Of a DNA stretch of 64,000 nucleotides, positions 36,058 to 45,018 are shown in pieces. Source of the DNA: Actinomycetes bacterium (GTDB taxonomy: Bacteria; Actinomycetota; Thermoleophilia; UBA2241); assembly GCA_029547745.1 (NCBI GenBank), contig JAKPOQ010000004.1:2737-66736 (forward strand), given 5' to 3'. Position 1 is the first letter of the stretch, and each line of letters starts with the position of its first letter. Under the pieces are notes generated by a model. The model searched no databases. It was not told the origin of the DNA and worked only from the letters and a program-made list of their open reading frames with translations. Both the position numbers and the translations under genes were made by a program.

Positions 36058-37580
36058 CAGCGCGCCTCCATGAGCAGAAGCGTGGCGTCGTCGGTCGCGG
36101 GCGAGCCCTGGCGAAAGTGCGCGATCTCGCGCCAGGTCGCGTTGAGCACGTCGTCAAGATCGGCGTTGCCCGACCGCGCCAGGACTCCAGCGAGGCGCCG
36201 GCGGCCGAACAGCTCGCCCGACGGCGAGCGCGCCTCCGTCAGCCCGTCCGTGAAGACGGCGAGGCGCTCGCCAGGGGCGAGCTCGATCTGGTCCTCAGCA
36301 AATGTCAACCCAGCGCGCACGCCCAGAGCCGCCCCCTGCGAAGGGAACTCGCACACCTCGCCGTCGCGGAATAGAAGGACGGGGTTGTGACCGCCGCCGG
36401 CGATCGTCGCCGTCCTCGTCCCGGGATCGAAGGCGACGATGGTCAGGGTGAGGAAGGTCGGCATGCGCTGGCCCGCGAGATCCCGGGCCAGGCCGTCGTT
36501 CACCTCGCTGAGCACCTTCGCGGGACGTCTGCCCGGGGCAATGGCGTCGCGCAGCAACGAGCGCGCCATCGCCATGATCAGGGCCGCGGCGAGTCCCTTG
36601 CCCATGACGTCGCCGCAGACGATCGCCCAGCGGCCGTCGCCGAACTCCATGTAGTCGTAGTAGTCGCCGCCCACCTCGGCCACGAACTCGATGCGTTGCG
36701 CCAACCGGAGGCCCTCGACGGCCGGCGCGCACGAGGGCAGGAGGTCGAGCTGGATGCGTTGCGCGCGGTCGATCTCGGCCGCCACCTTGAGCTGTGCGTC
36801 GCGCAGCTCCCCGTGCAGGCGTTCCGAGGCCTCGAGCTCGCGCCGGAAGGAGGCGATCGTGGCGTCGAAACTCTCCCGGTCACGCACCCGGCCTACGTAG
36901 ACCTGATACGAGGAGTAGATGAGGAACAGCGGCGGGATGACGAGCAGGAGCCCGGCGACACCGAGGGCGTCGTAGAGCCATGCCGCGACGACCGCGATGG
37001 TCGCTCCCGCAAGATACCCCGGGAAGGCCCACTGGTAGTTGCGCCGCCAGACGGTCACGGCGTGGGTCGAGGAGCCGTGCGAGACGACCGCCGCGAGCAG
37101 CCACGTGTTGACGAGAAAGTCGACCGCCGTGGCGGCGAACGCCGGCACGACCTTCTCAAGAAAGCTCGCGTCGAGCGGCAGGAGTCCCAGGTACAGCAGG
37201 CCGCCGGCGAAAGTGGACACGATGTAGTTCGCGACGTTGAACGTCACCTTGAGGAGATCGCGGGTGAAGCCGGCGGTCGCCGCGCCCGAGACCGCCGCCA
37301 CGACGAGCGCCTCCCAGAGACCGAGCTCGATCAACGCGGCGAGCACGGGGACGAACGAAAGCGTGACGACACCGACGACGGGGAGCCGTATCTCGCGCAG
37401 GTCGGTGAGGGCGGCCAACGCCACGAAGGCGCCCAGCGCCATGGATATGCCGGCGCCGTCGATCCTGGCGGCGACAGCCAGGCCCGTGACGGCGGCGAGT
37501 GACGTGGCCGCGACCGTGAGTACGACCGCGGGCTGCTGATGCGCCTCTGCCGGAGCCTCGGCTGGTTGGGCGTGGTCGGT
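36057..37580 (-). CDS. Membrane-anchored PP2C-type Ser/Thr phosphatase (SpoIIE/RsbU family); start uncertain
   Basis: The C-terminal PP2C domain has GGDYYDY, VCGDVMGKG and DGLTEA motifs, preceded by about 7 TM helices. The track ORF start at 37673 lies inside the 15-bp tandem repeats and overlaps the protease gene. The true start is probably a GTG/ATG just 3' of 37586. Confidence 0.75.
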   Translation of the reverse strand, partial: TDHAQPAEAPAEAHQQPAVVLTVAATSLAAVTGLAVAARIDGAGISMALGAFVALAALTDLREIRLPVVGVVTLSFVPVLAALIELGLWEALVVAAVSGAATAGFTRDLLKVTFNVANYIVSTFAGGLLYLGLLPLDASFLEKVVPAFAATAVDFLVNTWLLAAVVSHGSSTHAVTVWRRNYQWAFPGYLAGATIAVVAAWLYDALGVAGLLLVIPPLFLIYSSYQVYVGRVRDRESFDATIASFRRELEASERLHGELRDAQLKVAAEIDRAQRIQLDLLPSCAPAVEGLRLAQRIEFVAEVGGDYYDYMEFGDGRWAIVCGDVMGKGLAAALIMAMARSLLRDAIAPGRRPAKVLSEVNDGLARDLAGQRMPTFLTLTIVAFDPGTRTATIAGGGHNPVLLFRDGEVCEFPSQGAALGVRAGLTFAEDQIELAPGERLAVFTDGLTEARSPSGELFGRRRLAGVLARSGNADLDDVLNATWREIAHFRQGSPATDDATLLLMEAR

Positions 37581-37585
37581 CGAGG

Positions 37586-39151
37586 TCACTGCCCCTCGGT
37601 GAGCACGGTCCAGCCGGACGTCGTCCAGGCGAACTTTGTCCAGGCGAACTTCGTCCACGCGAACTTGGTCCACGCGAACTTCGTCCAGGCGAACTTCGTC
37701 CAGGCGAACTTGGTCCAGGCGACGTACGTGTCGTCGCTGAGGATCGTCGTGCCGTCGCCGAGGTCGGCGGAGAGCGTCGGACCGTCGGCCAGTGCCGTCT
37801 CGGCCAGGGCGCCGTCGATGTCGAGCATCCCGGCGCCCTGCTGGTACTCCGGAGCGCCGGCGAGCGGGTCGGCGCTGCGCATAAGGCGCAGCTTGACGTC
37901 ATCGGGCGTCAGGCCGGGGTCCTCACCGATCATCAGCGCCGCGGCGCCGGCGACGATCGGGGCGGCCGTGCTGCTGCCGGAGAGCTTCACGTAGTCGGAC
38001 TTCACGTTCGCCGGCGCATCCGGCGCGTAGGCGGAGACCGGGATCAGGTTCTCGGGGTACACCCGGTCGATGTAGCTGGCCCGTTCGCGCAGAGAGACGA
38101 CCCGGTTGCCCGGGGCGACGATGTCCGGCTTGGCGAACTCGTCGTAGAGCGTCGGTCCCATCGAGCTGTAGGCGCAGACCGAGTCGTCAGAGGGATCAGC
38201 TGTCTGGCGGGTGTCTGCTGCGCCGACTGCGATCACCGCCGGGTCGTTGGCGGGCGAGAGGACGCCGCCGAGGCCGAACTCGCCCTCGTTGCCGGCGGCG
38301 CAGACGACCACGATGCCCGCGTCCCAGGCCGCCTCCACCGCTTGTGCCATCGGGTCCTCGGCGACCGGCCCTGACGGGCTGCCGCCGATGGAGATGTTGA
38401 GGACGCGGATACCGTACTCGTCCTTGTGGGCGATGGCCCACGCGATGCCGGCGATCACGGTCGAAGCGCGGCCTTGGCCGAAGCCATCGAGCACCTTGAT
38501 CGCGACGACGTCGGCCTCCGGGGCGACGCCCCGGAACTGCGTCGTCGCGAACCCTCCGTCCTCGATCGGCAGCGACGCGCGGCCGTCGCCGGCGATGAGG
38601 CCGGCGACGAAAGTGCCGTGGCCCGCGTCGTCGTATGGATGCTTCTTGCCCTTGACAAGGTCGAGCCAGCCCGTGATACGCGACTCGGGCAGGTCGGTGT
38701 TGACGCCCACGCCGCTGTCCAGGATCGCGACCGTGACGCCGTCGCCGCTCGGGCCGCCAGCCTCGGGCGCGACGAGGTCTCCGAGGCCGACAGTGAGGCG
38801 CGTGACGTCCATCGAAGCCGCGCCGATGCCGTACACGGGGTTGTCGGCGACGATCGCGTCGACGAAGTCCTCGCCGGCGAGCGCGTCGATCTGGTCAGCG
38901 CTGAGCCAGGCGCCGACGGCGCCGACCAACGACAGCCTCGTGGTGGCGACGCCCGCCGGGAGACGGTCGCAGACCTTTCCCAGGTGGCCGGGGGCGAGAA
39001 CGAGCACGGGCACGGCCTCATCGGCGCCCGCTGCGTCCAGCGCGACGAGCACGCCCGGGTTCACCTTGTCGCCCAGAGCGGCGGCCGAGGCCGGCGCGAC
39101 GGCCAGCAGTATGAGGACGGTCAGCAGCGACAGGGTGAGCCGCGTCCTCAT
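37586..39151 (-). CDS. Secreted subtilisin-like S8 serine peptidase with a C-terminal (AWTKF)x6 pentapeptide-repeat tail
   Basis: Start MRTRLTLSLLTVLILLAVAPASAAAL (signal peptide) with GGAGGCGAGG SD; residue 47 of track ORF 37586..39289. Catalytic triad D (AILDSGVG), H (HGTFVAG), S (GSSTAAP). Confidence 0.85.
   Translation of the reverse strand: MRTRLTLSLLTVLILLAVAPASAAALGDKVNPGVLVALDAAGADEAVPVLVLAPGHLGKVCDRLPAGVATTRLSLVGAVGAWLSADQIDALAGEDFVDAIVADNPVYGIGAASMDVTRLTVGLGDLVAPEAGGPSGDGVTVAILDSGVGVNTDLPESRITGWLDLVKGKKHPYDDAGHGTFVAGLIAGDGRASLPIEDGGFATTQFRGVAPEADVVAIKVLDGFGQGRASTVIAGIAWAIAHKDEYGIRVLNISIGGSPSGPVAEDPMAQAVEAAWDAGIVVVCAAGNEGEFGLGGVLSPANDPAVIAVGAADTRQTADPSDDSVCAYSSMGPTLYDEFAKPDIVAPGNRVVSLRERASYIDRVYPENLIPVSAYAPDAPANVKSDYVKLSGSSTAAPIVAGAAALMIGEDPGLTPDDVKLRLMRSADPLAGAPEYQQGAGMLDIDGALAETALADGPTLSADLGDGTTILSDDTYVAWTKFAWTKFAWTKFAWTKFAWTKFAWTKFAWTTSGWTVLTEGQ
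37624..37720. repeat. 6.5 copies of a 15-bp tandem repeat GTCCAGGCGAACTTC (variants with C/G and C/T/G)
   Basis: Read directly. In the protease frame it encodes AWTKF x6. In the phosphatase frame it gives VRLDx repeats, and on the plus strand QANFV repeats. Confidence 0.8.
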
Positions 39152-39712
39152 CGTCCTCGCCTCCGTATCAGTGCTCAGCGCCAGGCAGGGTCCGGCCACA
39201 GGCCGCGCCGGCGTCCGGGCGCTCATCGCTGCCGCGAGGCGGGACGAAGCAGGAGGGACGGGGAGACCGTGGAGTGCTCGAGAATGCACCGCAGGCGGGC
39301 CGGTTCGGCAACCGAGCTATCTTGGCCATCCAAGACCTCTGGCTTTGCGTCCCTGCCTCACGGCAGGTTTGCCGTTTCGTACCGTCCGGTTATCGGCAGC
39401 TCGCGCGGGAAGAATGAGGACGCATAGACGGATTGTCAACGAAGGCGTCGCCCGCTCTGGCGACACCGGCCCGGACGGACAGGATCGTGAAGCCGTCGGG
39501 CACAGGATCCTTGGACGCGCGTCTTCACGGTCCGTACTAGTGAACGGGTGATAAACTCACAGGCATATGGCCGCCCCCGCGAGGACGAGGCGCGTCAGGG
39601 CGGCGGTCGTTCTCTCGGCCGTCCGCCGCCCCTCGCTCCCCGGCTCGTATCGGGCCAGGATCGTCGCGACCCGAGGGCAAAGTCGCGAACGGCTGAAGGG
39701 AGGAGGAACGTC

Positions 39713-41095
39713 ATGGCCACTACGGCCGGCCTCTACGGCAAGCTGGAGAGGCGTGTCATCAATCAGATGCTCGAGGCCGCGGCGAGCGGCAACAAGAAGA
39801 GCATCGTGAGGGCGTTCAAGCTGGCCGAGAGCATCACGCCCGACCAGTACAAGGGCGCTGTCCGCTTTGTGCGTGACAAGGTGGAGGAGGACCATCCTGC
39901 CCTGTCCATCGCCCGTCACGTCAGCCAGGAGCTCAGTCCCAAGTGCCGCGACCGCTTCATCGAGTGTCTTATCGTCAATACTCTTCTTCGCGGTGTGGCC
40001 AAACGGAAGGACTTCATCGCTTCGGCTCCGGGCGTGTGGGCGCCGACGACCATCCTCATGAGCCCTACGATGCGCTGCAACCTGACGTGCAAGGGCTGCT
40101 ACGCCGGCGAGTATCCGGCGAGCAAGGATCTCGAGCCCGAGGTCCTGCAGAGGATCGTCGACGAAGGCACCGAGATGGGGGTCTACCTGTACACGCTCCT
40201 CGGCGGTGAGCCGTTCTTCTACGACGGCCTGTTCGACCTGGCGGCGAACAACCAGGAGTGCTACTTCCAGGTGTTCACCAACGGGACCCTGATCGATGAG
40301 GAGGTCGTCGACCGGCTCGCCGAGCTCGGCAACATCGCGCCCATGCTCAGTCTCGAAGGCGACGAGGCGTCGACCGACGCGCGGCGCGGCAAGGGCGTCT
40401 ACCGGCACATCCTCGACACGATGGATCTGCTGGGCGAGCGTGGCGTCGTGTTCGGCTACTCGGCTACCGTGACCCGCGAGAACTGGCGCATGCTGATCAG
40501 TGACGAATGGGTCGACCCGCTGGTGGCCAGGGGAGCTGTCCTCAGCTGGCACTTCCTCTACATGCCGATCGGACGCAGCCCGGACACTTCGATGATGCTC
40601 ACGCCTGAGGAGCGCAACGAGTTCCGCGAAGGCATCCTGCGCATCCGTAACACGAAAGCGATGTTCCCCGTCGACTTTTGGGGCGACGCTCCCTACGTCA
40701 ACGGCTGCATCGCGGGCAAGCACTACGTGCACATCAACAGCGAGGGGTGGGTCGAACCGTGCATCTTCACCCACTTCGCCACCGACAACATCCACGACAC
40801 GACGCTGATCGAGGCGTTCAACTCGCCGTACTTCCGTGAGATCCGCAGTCGTCAGCCCTTCAGCGACAACCTGCTGAAGCCCTGCATGTTGATCGACAAC
40901 CCCAATCAGTCGCGCGAGATCATGGCCGCGACTGGGGCGAGGCCGACGCACCCCGGAGCCGAGAGCCTGTTCACCGAGCTGCGCGACCCCATCGACAAGT
41001 ACGCGGCCGAGGTCGAACGCGTCTACGCGCCGATCTGGTCGTGCATGGTGAGTCAGAAGGCCGGCGAGCGAGAGGAGGCGGCGGCCGTCCGCTGA
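39713..41095 (+). CDS. Radical SAM domain protein with an N-terminal ~110-aa helical extension
   Basis: Start MATTAGLYGK with GGGAGGAGG SD. CX3CX2C (CNLTCKGCY) follows. No SPASM-like C-terminal Cys cluster. Confidence 0.75.
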   Translation: MATTAGLYGKLERRVINQMLEAAASGNKKSIVRAFKLAESITPDQYKGAVRFVRDKVEEDHPALSIARHVSQELSPKCRDRFIECLIVNTLLRGVAKRKDFIASAPGVWAPTTILMSPTMRCNLTCKGCYAGEYPASKDLEPEVLQRIVDEGTEMGVYLYTLLGGEPFFYDGLFDLAANNQECYFQVFTNGTLIDEEVVDRLAELGNIAPMLSLEGDEASTDARRGKGVYRHILDTMDLLGERGVVFGYSATVTRENWRMLISDEWVDPLVARGAVLSWHFLYMPIGRSPDTSMMLTPEERNEFREGILRIRNTKAMFPVDFWGDAPYVNGCIAGKHYVHINSEGWVEPCIFTHFATDNIHDTTLIEAFNSPYFREIRSRQPFSDNLLKPCMLIDNPNQSREIMAATGARPTHPGAESLFTELRDPIDKYAAEVERVYAPIWSCMVSQKAGEREEAAAVR

Positions 41096-41223
41096 CGACC
41101 GCCGTTCAAAGCGAGTAAGGCCGTGCGCCGGAGCGCCCTGAGGGCGCTCCGGCGCACGGCCTTCAGGGTCAAGGTGACCGTGGGAGCTAAGGGGACGGCG
41201 CCGACCTGTCGAATCACGTACCG

Positions 41224-43713
41224 ATGAGGGAGAGCGTGCCAAGAGTCGCGTGCCGGAGAGCCGCCCGCCGGGCGGTCGCCTTGGCGGTCGTCGTCGCGAT
41301 CGCGCTCGGCGCGGTGTGGACGGTGCCGCGCGTGAGCGGCGCGGCGGCGCGCTGGGTCGTGACGCCGCCGGTGCGTGAACGCACCCTTACGCTCGACGGC
41401 GGACTGCCGGTGGTGGGGCAGACGAACGCCGCTGGCCGTGGGGCGACGACGGGCGGGCCGCCGGCGACGCGTGCGCCGCGCAGCGCCAGTCGCGTCGTCG
41501 AGCCCGGGTTCTCCTTCGACATGGTCGGCCTGTTGTGCGACGAGCCTTCGGCGGCCGGTCGGCGCGTGACCGTCGACCTGAGGGCGAGCGAGGACGGGAC
41601 GTCGTGGAGCGAGTGGTATCACCTTGACCTCGAACGTGCGGGCGCGACGGAGGCCGCCGCGGACGCGGCGGCCGAGGCTCCGGCGGCGTTCACCGAGCCG
41701 GTGTGGGTCGATGAAGCGCGGTTCGTCGAGGTCCGTGCCGCCGCGCCGTCCGGTTTCAGACTGCGCGGCGTCCGCCTCATGTTCCTGAACACGAGTGGCG
41801 ATGGGACGCCCCTCGATACGGCCGTCTCGGCGCTGCGCTCGGCGGTGGCGACTATCGCCGGTCTCGGCCCTTCGTCGGTCGGCGCCATGACGGCGACCCC
41901 GAAGATCGTGCGCCGCGCCGAATGGGGCGCGGACGAGTCGTGGCGCAGCGGCGCGCCGGCGTTCGCGCCGGTCGAGATGGCCTTTGTGCACCACACCGTG
42001 AACGCGAACTCGTACACCCGCGCCCAGGCCCCTGGCCTCGTCCGCGGCATCTACTACTACGACACCAAGGGCCTGAAGTGGAGCGACCTGGGCTACAACT
42101 TCCTGATCGACCGCTACGGGACCATCTACGAAGGCCGGTACGGGGGGGTCACCAAGGGCGTCGTAGGCGCCCAGGTCCTCGGTTTCAACACCGGTAGCAC
42201 CGGCGTCGCCATGATCGGCACCTTCGGGACGGCGGACCCGCCGTCGGCCATGATGGGCGCCCTGAAGAAGCTCCTGGCGTGGAAACTCGATGTCCACCAC
42301 GTGGACCCCCAGGGGCGGGCACGCATGGTGTGCCGCGCGACGCAGAAGTTCCGCGACGGGGAAGCGGTCGTCTTCCCGGTGATCGCCGGACACCGTCAGG
42401 CCAACTACACCGCCTGCCCCGGCGATGCGCTCTACCGTCGACTCGCGGGGGTCCGGACGGCGGTCGCGGCGATGGGTCTGCCCAAGATCTACGAGTACGA
42501 GGTGGGGACAGCCGCTCTCAGCCCCAACGCCGATGGCGTCGGTGACAGTACCCGCGTGCGCTTTCGCATCTCGGCGCCGGCTGACTGGAGGGTCGAGGTC
42601 ATCGACGAGGCGGGCGTCGCGGTGCGAACGGTCCCGGGCAACGGCCGGGAGGTCGACGTCAGGTGGGATTGCCGGGACGACGATGGCGCGGTCGTCCCTG
42701 ACGGCGCGTACAGGATCGTCGGCCGGGCCGGCGTCTCGGGCGTCGACGCGCGGGCGGCCACGGCCACCGTCAGGGTCGATACCGTCGCGCCGATCGCGAC
42801 CGACGTGCGGGTGGTCCCGGGCGTGTTCAGCCCGAACGGCGATGGGTACGCCGACTCATGCCGCCTGCGGTTCACCACTGCCGAGGCGTGCGCGGCGCGG
42901 GCTCGCGTCGTCGATGCGGGCGGCGACGTCTTGCGCGACATCGTCGGCTGGCGCTCCGTGGCGGCCGGCTCGCGGGCGATCCCCTGGGATGGCCGCATCT
43001 CGTCGTCGGGCGCGCTGCTGCCGGTGCCCGAGGGTCGCGTCTTGCTCCGTCTGGAGCTGAGGGATGCCGCAGGAAACCGCTCGTCGCAGGTGACGACGGT
43101 CGTCGTCGACAGGACGCTAGGGTTTCTCACCTGTGCGCCCGCGACCCTCTCGCCGAACGGCGACGGGATCAAGGACACGACCTCGATCGGATTCACCCTG
43201 ACACGTCGCGCTGCAGTGGCGATAGAGGTCCGGTGCGACGGCGCGCCCGTGCGCACCTTGGCCAGCGTCACGTACGGGGCCGGAGAGCGGTCGGTCGTGT
43301 GGGACGGTCTTCTCGGCGACGGCACGCGCGCGACGAGCGCCACGTACAGCGTGAGAGCCACGGCGGCGAGTGCTCTCGGTGAGGTCGCGGCCTCGCGTCC
43401 CGTCATCGTCGACCGCTACCGTCCGCGGCTTCGGGCGCCGGCGCGTGTCACACCGCTGCTGGGGAACAGCGTCCGAGTGGCGTTCAACGTGCACGACCCG
43501 TACAGTCCCAAGGTGCGCGTGACGGCGCGCGTCCGCAGCAGCGCGGGGAAGGTCCTCGCCGTGATCGATCGCGGCTGGATACCGGTCGACACGCCGGCCG
43601 TGGTGCGCTGGAAGCCGCCGGCGCGTCGGACGTACATGCTGACACTGACGGCCGTGGACCGTGGCGGGAACCAGCAGAGCGCGGCAGCGGTGACGGAGAT
43701 CGTCGTGCGGTGA
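41224..43713 (+). CDS. Secreted N-acetylmuramoyl-L-alanine amidase (Amidase_2/PGRP fold) with C-terminal FlgD-Ig-like repeats
   Basis: Signal peptide. Amidase_2 core (AFVHHT...YNFLIDRYGTIYEGR...ACPG). Three SPNGDG-type repeats (LSPNADGVGDS, FSPNGDGYADS, LSPNGDGIKDT). Confidence 0.8.
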   Translation: MRESVPRVACRRAARRAVALAVVVAIALGAVWTVPRVSGAAARWVVTPPVRERTLTLDGGLPVVGQTNAAGRGATTGGPPATRAPRSASRVVEPGFSFDMVGLLCDEPSAAGRRVTVDLRASEDGTSWSEWYHLDLERAGATEAAADAAAEAPAAFTEPVWVDEARFVEVRAAAPSGFRLRGVRLMFLNTSGDGTPLDTAVSALRSAVATIAGLGPSSVGAMTATPKIVRRAEWGADESWRSGAPAFAPVEMAFVHHTVNANSYTRAQAPGLVRGIYYYDTKGLKWSDLGYNFLIDRYGTIYEGRYGGVTKGVVGAQVLGFNTGSTGVAMIGTFGTADPPSAMMGALKKLLAWKLDVHHVDPQGRARMVCRATQKFRDGEAVVFPVIAGHRQANYTACPGDALYRRLAGVRTAVAAMGLPKIYEYEVGTAALSPNADGVGDSTRVRFRISAPADWRVEVIDEAGVAVRTVPGNGREVDVRWDCRDDDGAVVPDGAYRIVGRAGVSGVDARAATATVRVDTVAPIATDVRVVPGVFSPNGDGYADSCRLRFTTAEACAARARVVDAGGDVLRDIVGWRSVAAGSRAIPWDGRISSSGALLPVPEGRVLLRLELRDAAGNRSSQVTTVVVDRTLGFLTCAPATLSPNGDGIKDTTSIGFTLTRRAAVAIEVRCDGAPVRTLASVTYGAGERSVVWDGLLGDGTRATSATYSVRATAASALGEVAASRPVIVDRYRPRLRAPARVTPLLGNSVRVAFNVHDPYSPKVRVTARVRSSAGKVLAVIDRGWIPVDTPAVVRWKPPARRTYMLTLTAVDRGGNQQSAAAVTEIVVR

Positions 43714-43752
43714 GCGGCGCCGGCCGGCGCCGCTCACCGCACCCAGAGGGCC

Positions 43753-44610
43753 TCAGGCTTCAGCGTGCTCGCGCCGCCAGCGGCAGTGAGGCATCGCGCA
43801 ACTCGCCATGCGCGCGGCGTCGCAGATCTCGCAACGCTGGTCGGCGGCGCTGATGGGCAGGTCGTAGGCGGCCTGTGGCGCGTCGCCGAGGCGCAGCACG
43901 GCATGCAGGGCGCGCGAGACCGCCTTCATGTCGGCGAACGTGTCGGCCTTTTCGGGCAGGTCGATGAGGCCCATGCGGACGGCGCGCTTGCGGACGCGCC
44001 CGTCCGGGACACAGGCGAAGCGGTCGAGCGATTCGTTGCGCCATAGTCCGTAGCGGCGCATCTCGCGGACGGCCCAGAAGGCGCGAGATTTGAGCGCGCC
44101 GCCGGACGCGGCGTGCAGCACGTCGACGGCCACGTCGGGGTCTGGGGGCTCGGGCAAGAGCCGTGACCACGTGTCGCGCGTCGCCGCGAGACGCGTGAAG
44201 TCGATGACCTTGCCCTTGCTGTCGCTACGCGAGACCGGCGGGTCGAGGGCATAGCGACCAAGGTCGAAGGTGCCCGCGAAGAGCTCGTCGAGCACACCCG
44301 CCGCCACGAGGCGGCGCCAGTCAGCGTCGATCACGGTGTCGGGGGCGGGTTGCGCCGCGAGGGCGCCGCGGCAGAGGAGCTTGAAGAAGAGGCCGGCCTG
44401 TTCGTCGGTCTCGGCGCTCGCGAAGCGCTCGCGTTCGGAGGCGTCGAGGACCTCCTCCGGGCGACGGCCGCGCTCGGTGTACGCCTGGCTCAAGAAGGCG
44501 ATGTCCTCGCGGCGCTCGCGGTTCGTCAATGTGGTCGTTCCGTTCACGGTCGTGACCCCCACAGGTGCGGTGGACTGAGAGCGGCGGCCGGCCGGCGCGT
44601 CGCCCATCAT
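43753..44610 (-). CDS. Hypothetical protein with C-terminal Cys4 motif (CEICDAARMASCAMPHC); possibly a DNA-glycosylase-superfamily DUF
   Basis: 285-aa ORF. Start uncertain. No firm domain call. Confidence 0.4.
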   Translation of the reverse strand: MMGDAPAGRRSQSTAPVGVTTVNGTTTLTNRERREDIAFLSQAYTERGRRPEEVLDASERERFASAETDEQAGLFFKLLCRGALAAQPAPDTVIDADWRRLVAAGVLDELFAGTFDLGRYALDPPVSRSDSKGKVIDFTRLAATRDTWSRLLPEPPDPDVAVDVLHAASGGALKSRAFWAVREMRRYGLWRNESLDRFACVPDGRVRKRAVRMGLIDLPEKADTFADMKAVSRALHAVLRLGDAPQAAYDLPISAADQRCEICDAARMASCAMPHCRWRREHAEA

Positions 44611-45018
44611 GGTAGCGACGCGCCGGCCGGCCGCACAGGCTCACGAACGGGGGCGACGGGTGACGTCTGATGCGGCGCCGAGGTGACATCTCGTCGCCGG
44701 CGCCCCGACGTGTCCTGTCGCAGGCGCGTAGCTTGGTTCGGCGGCCACCAGGGAGCGACGTCTCCCCTTTTGTCGGGGCCGACGCCTCGGGCGCCGCAAG
44801 GCACGTACGGGACTCGGCCGGCGGGAACCTCTCGCTCTCGACGGGATGTCGCCTACCCGTAACGGCACGCGGCTTGACGCCCATACGGGAGTCACGTAGT
44901 CTTGATCCACGTGTGGTGGGCTCCGACCGTCAGACTGAGTTGCGGGCCCCGGTCATGGTCAGTAGGGTAAGGGCCGTCAGGCTCAGAGGCTCTTCCGGAG
45001 GTACACGTCAGACGCCTC

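Noticed and set aside
37586-37673. Phosphatase start at 37673 (track) inside the tandem repeats, overlapping the protease by 88 nt
   Set aside because: The N-terminal 29 residues would be encoded entirely by the repeat (VRLDx units) and overlap the protease C-terminus. A start just downstream of the protease stop is more plausible.
41053-42393. 446-aa minus-strand ORF overlapping the amidase gene
   Set aside because: Antisense shadow; the plus-strand product has signal peptide, Amidase_2 and FlgD-Ig motifs.
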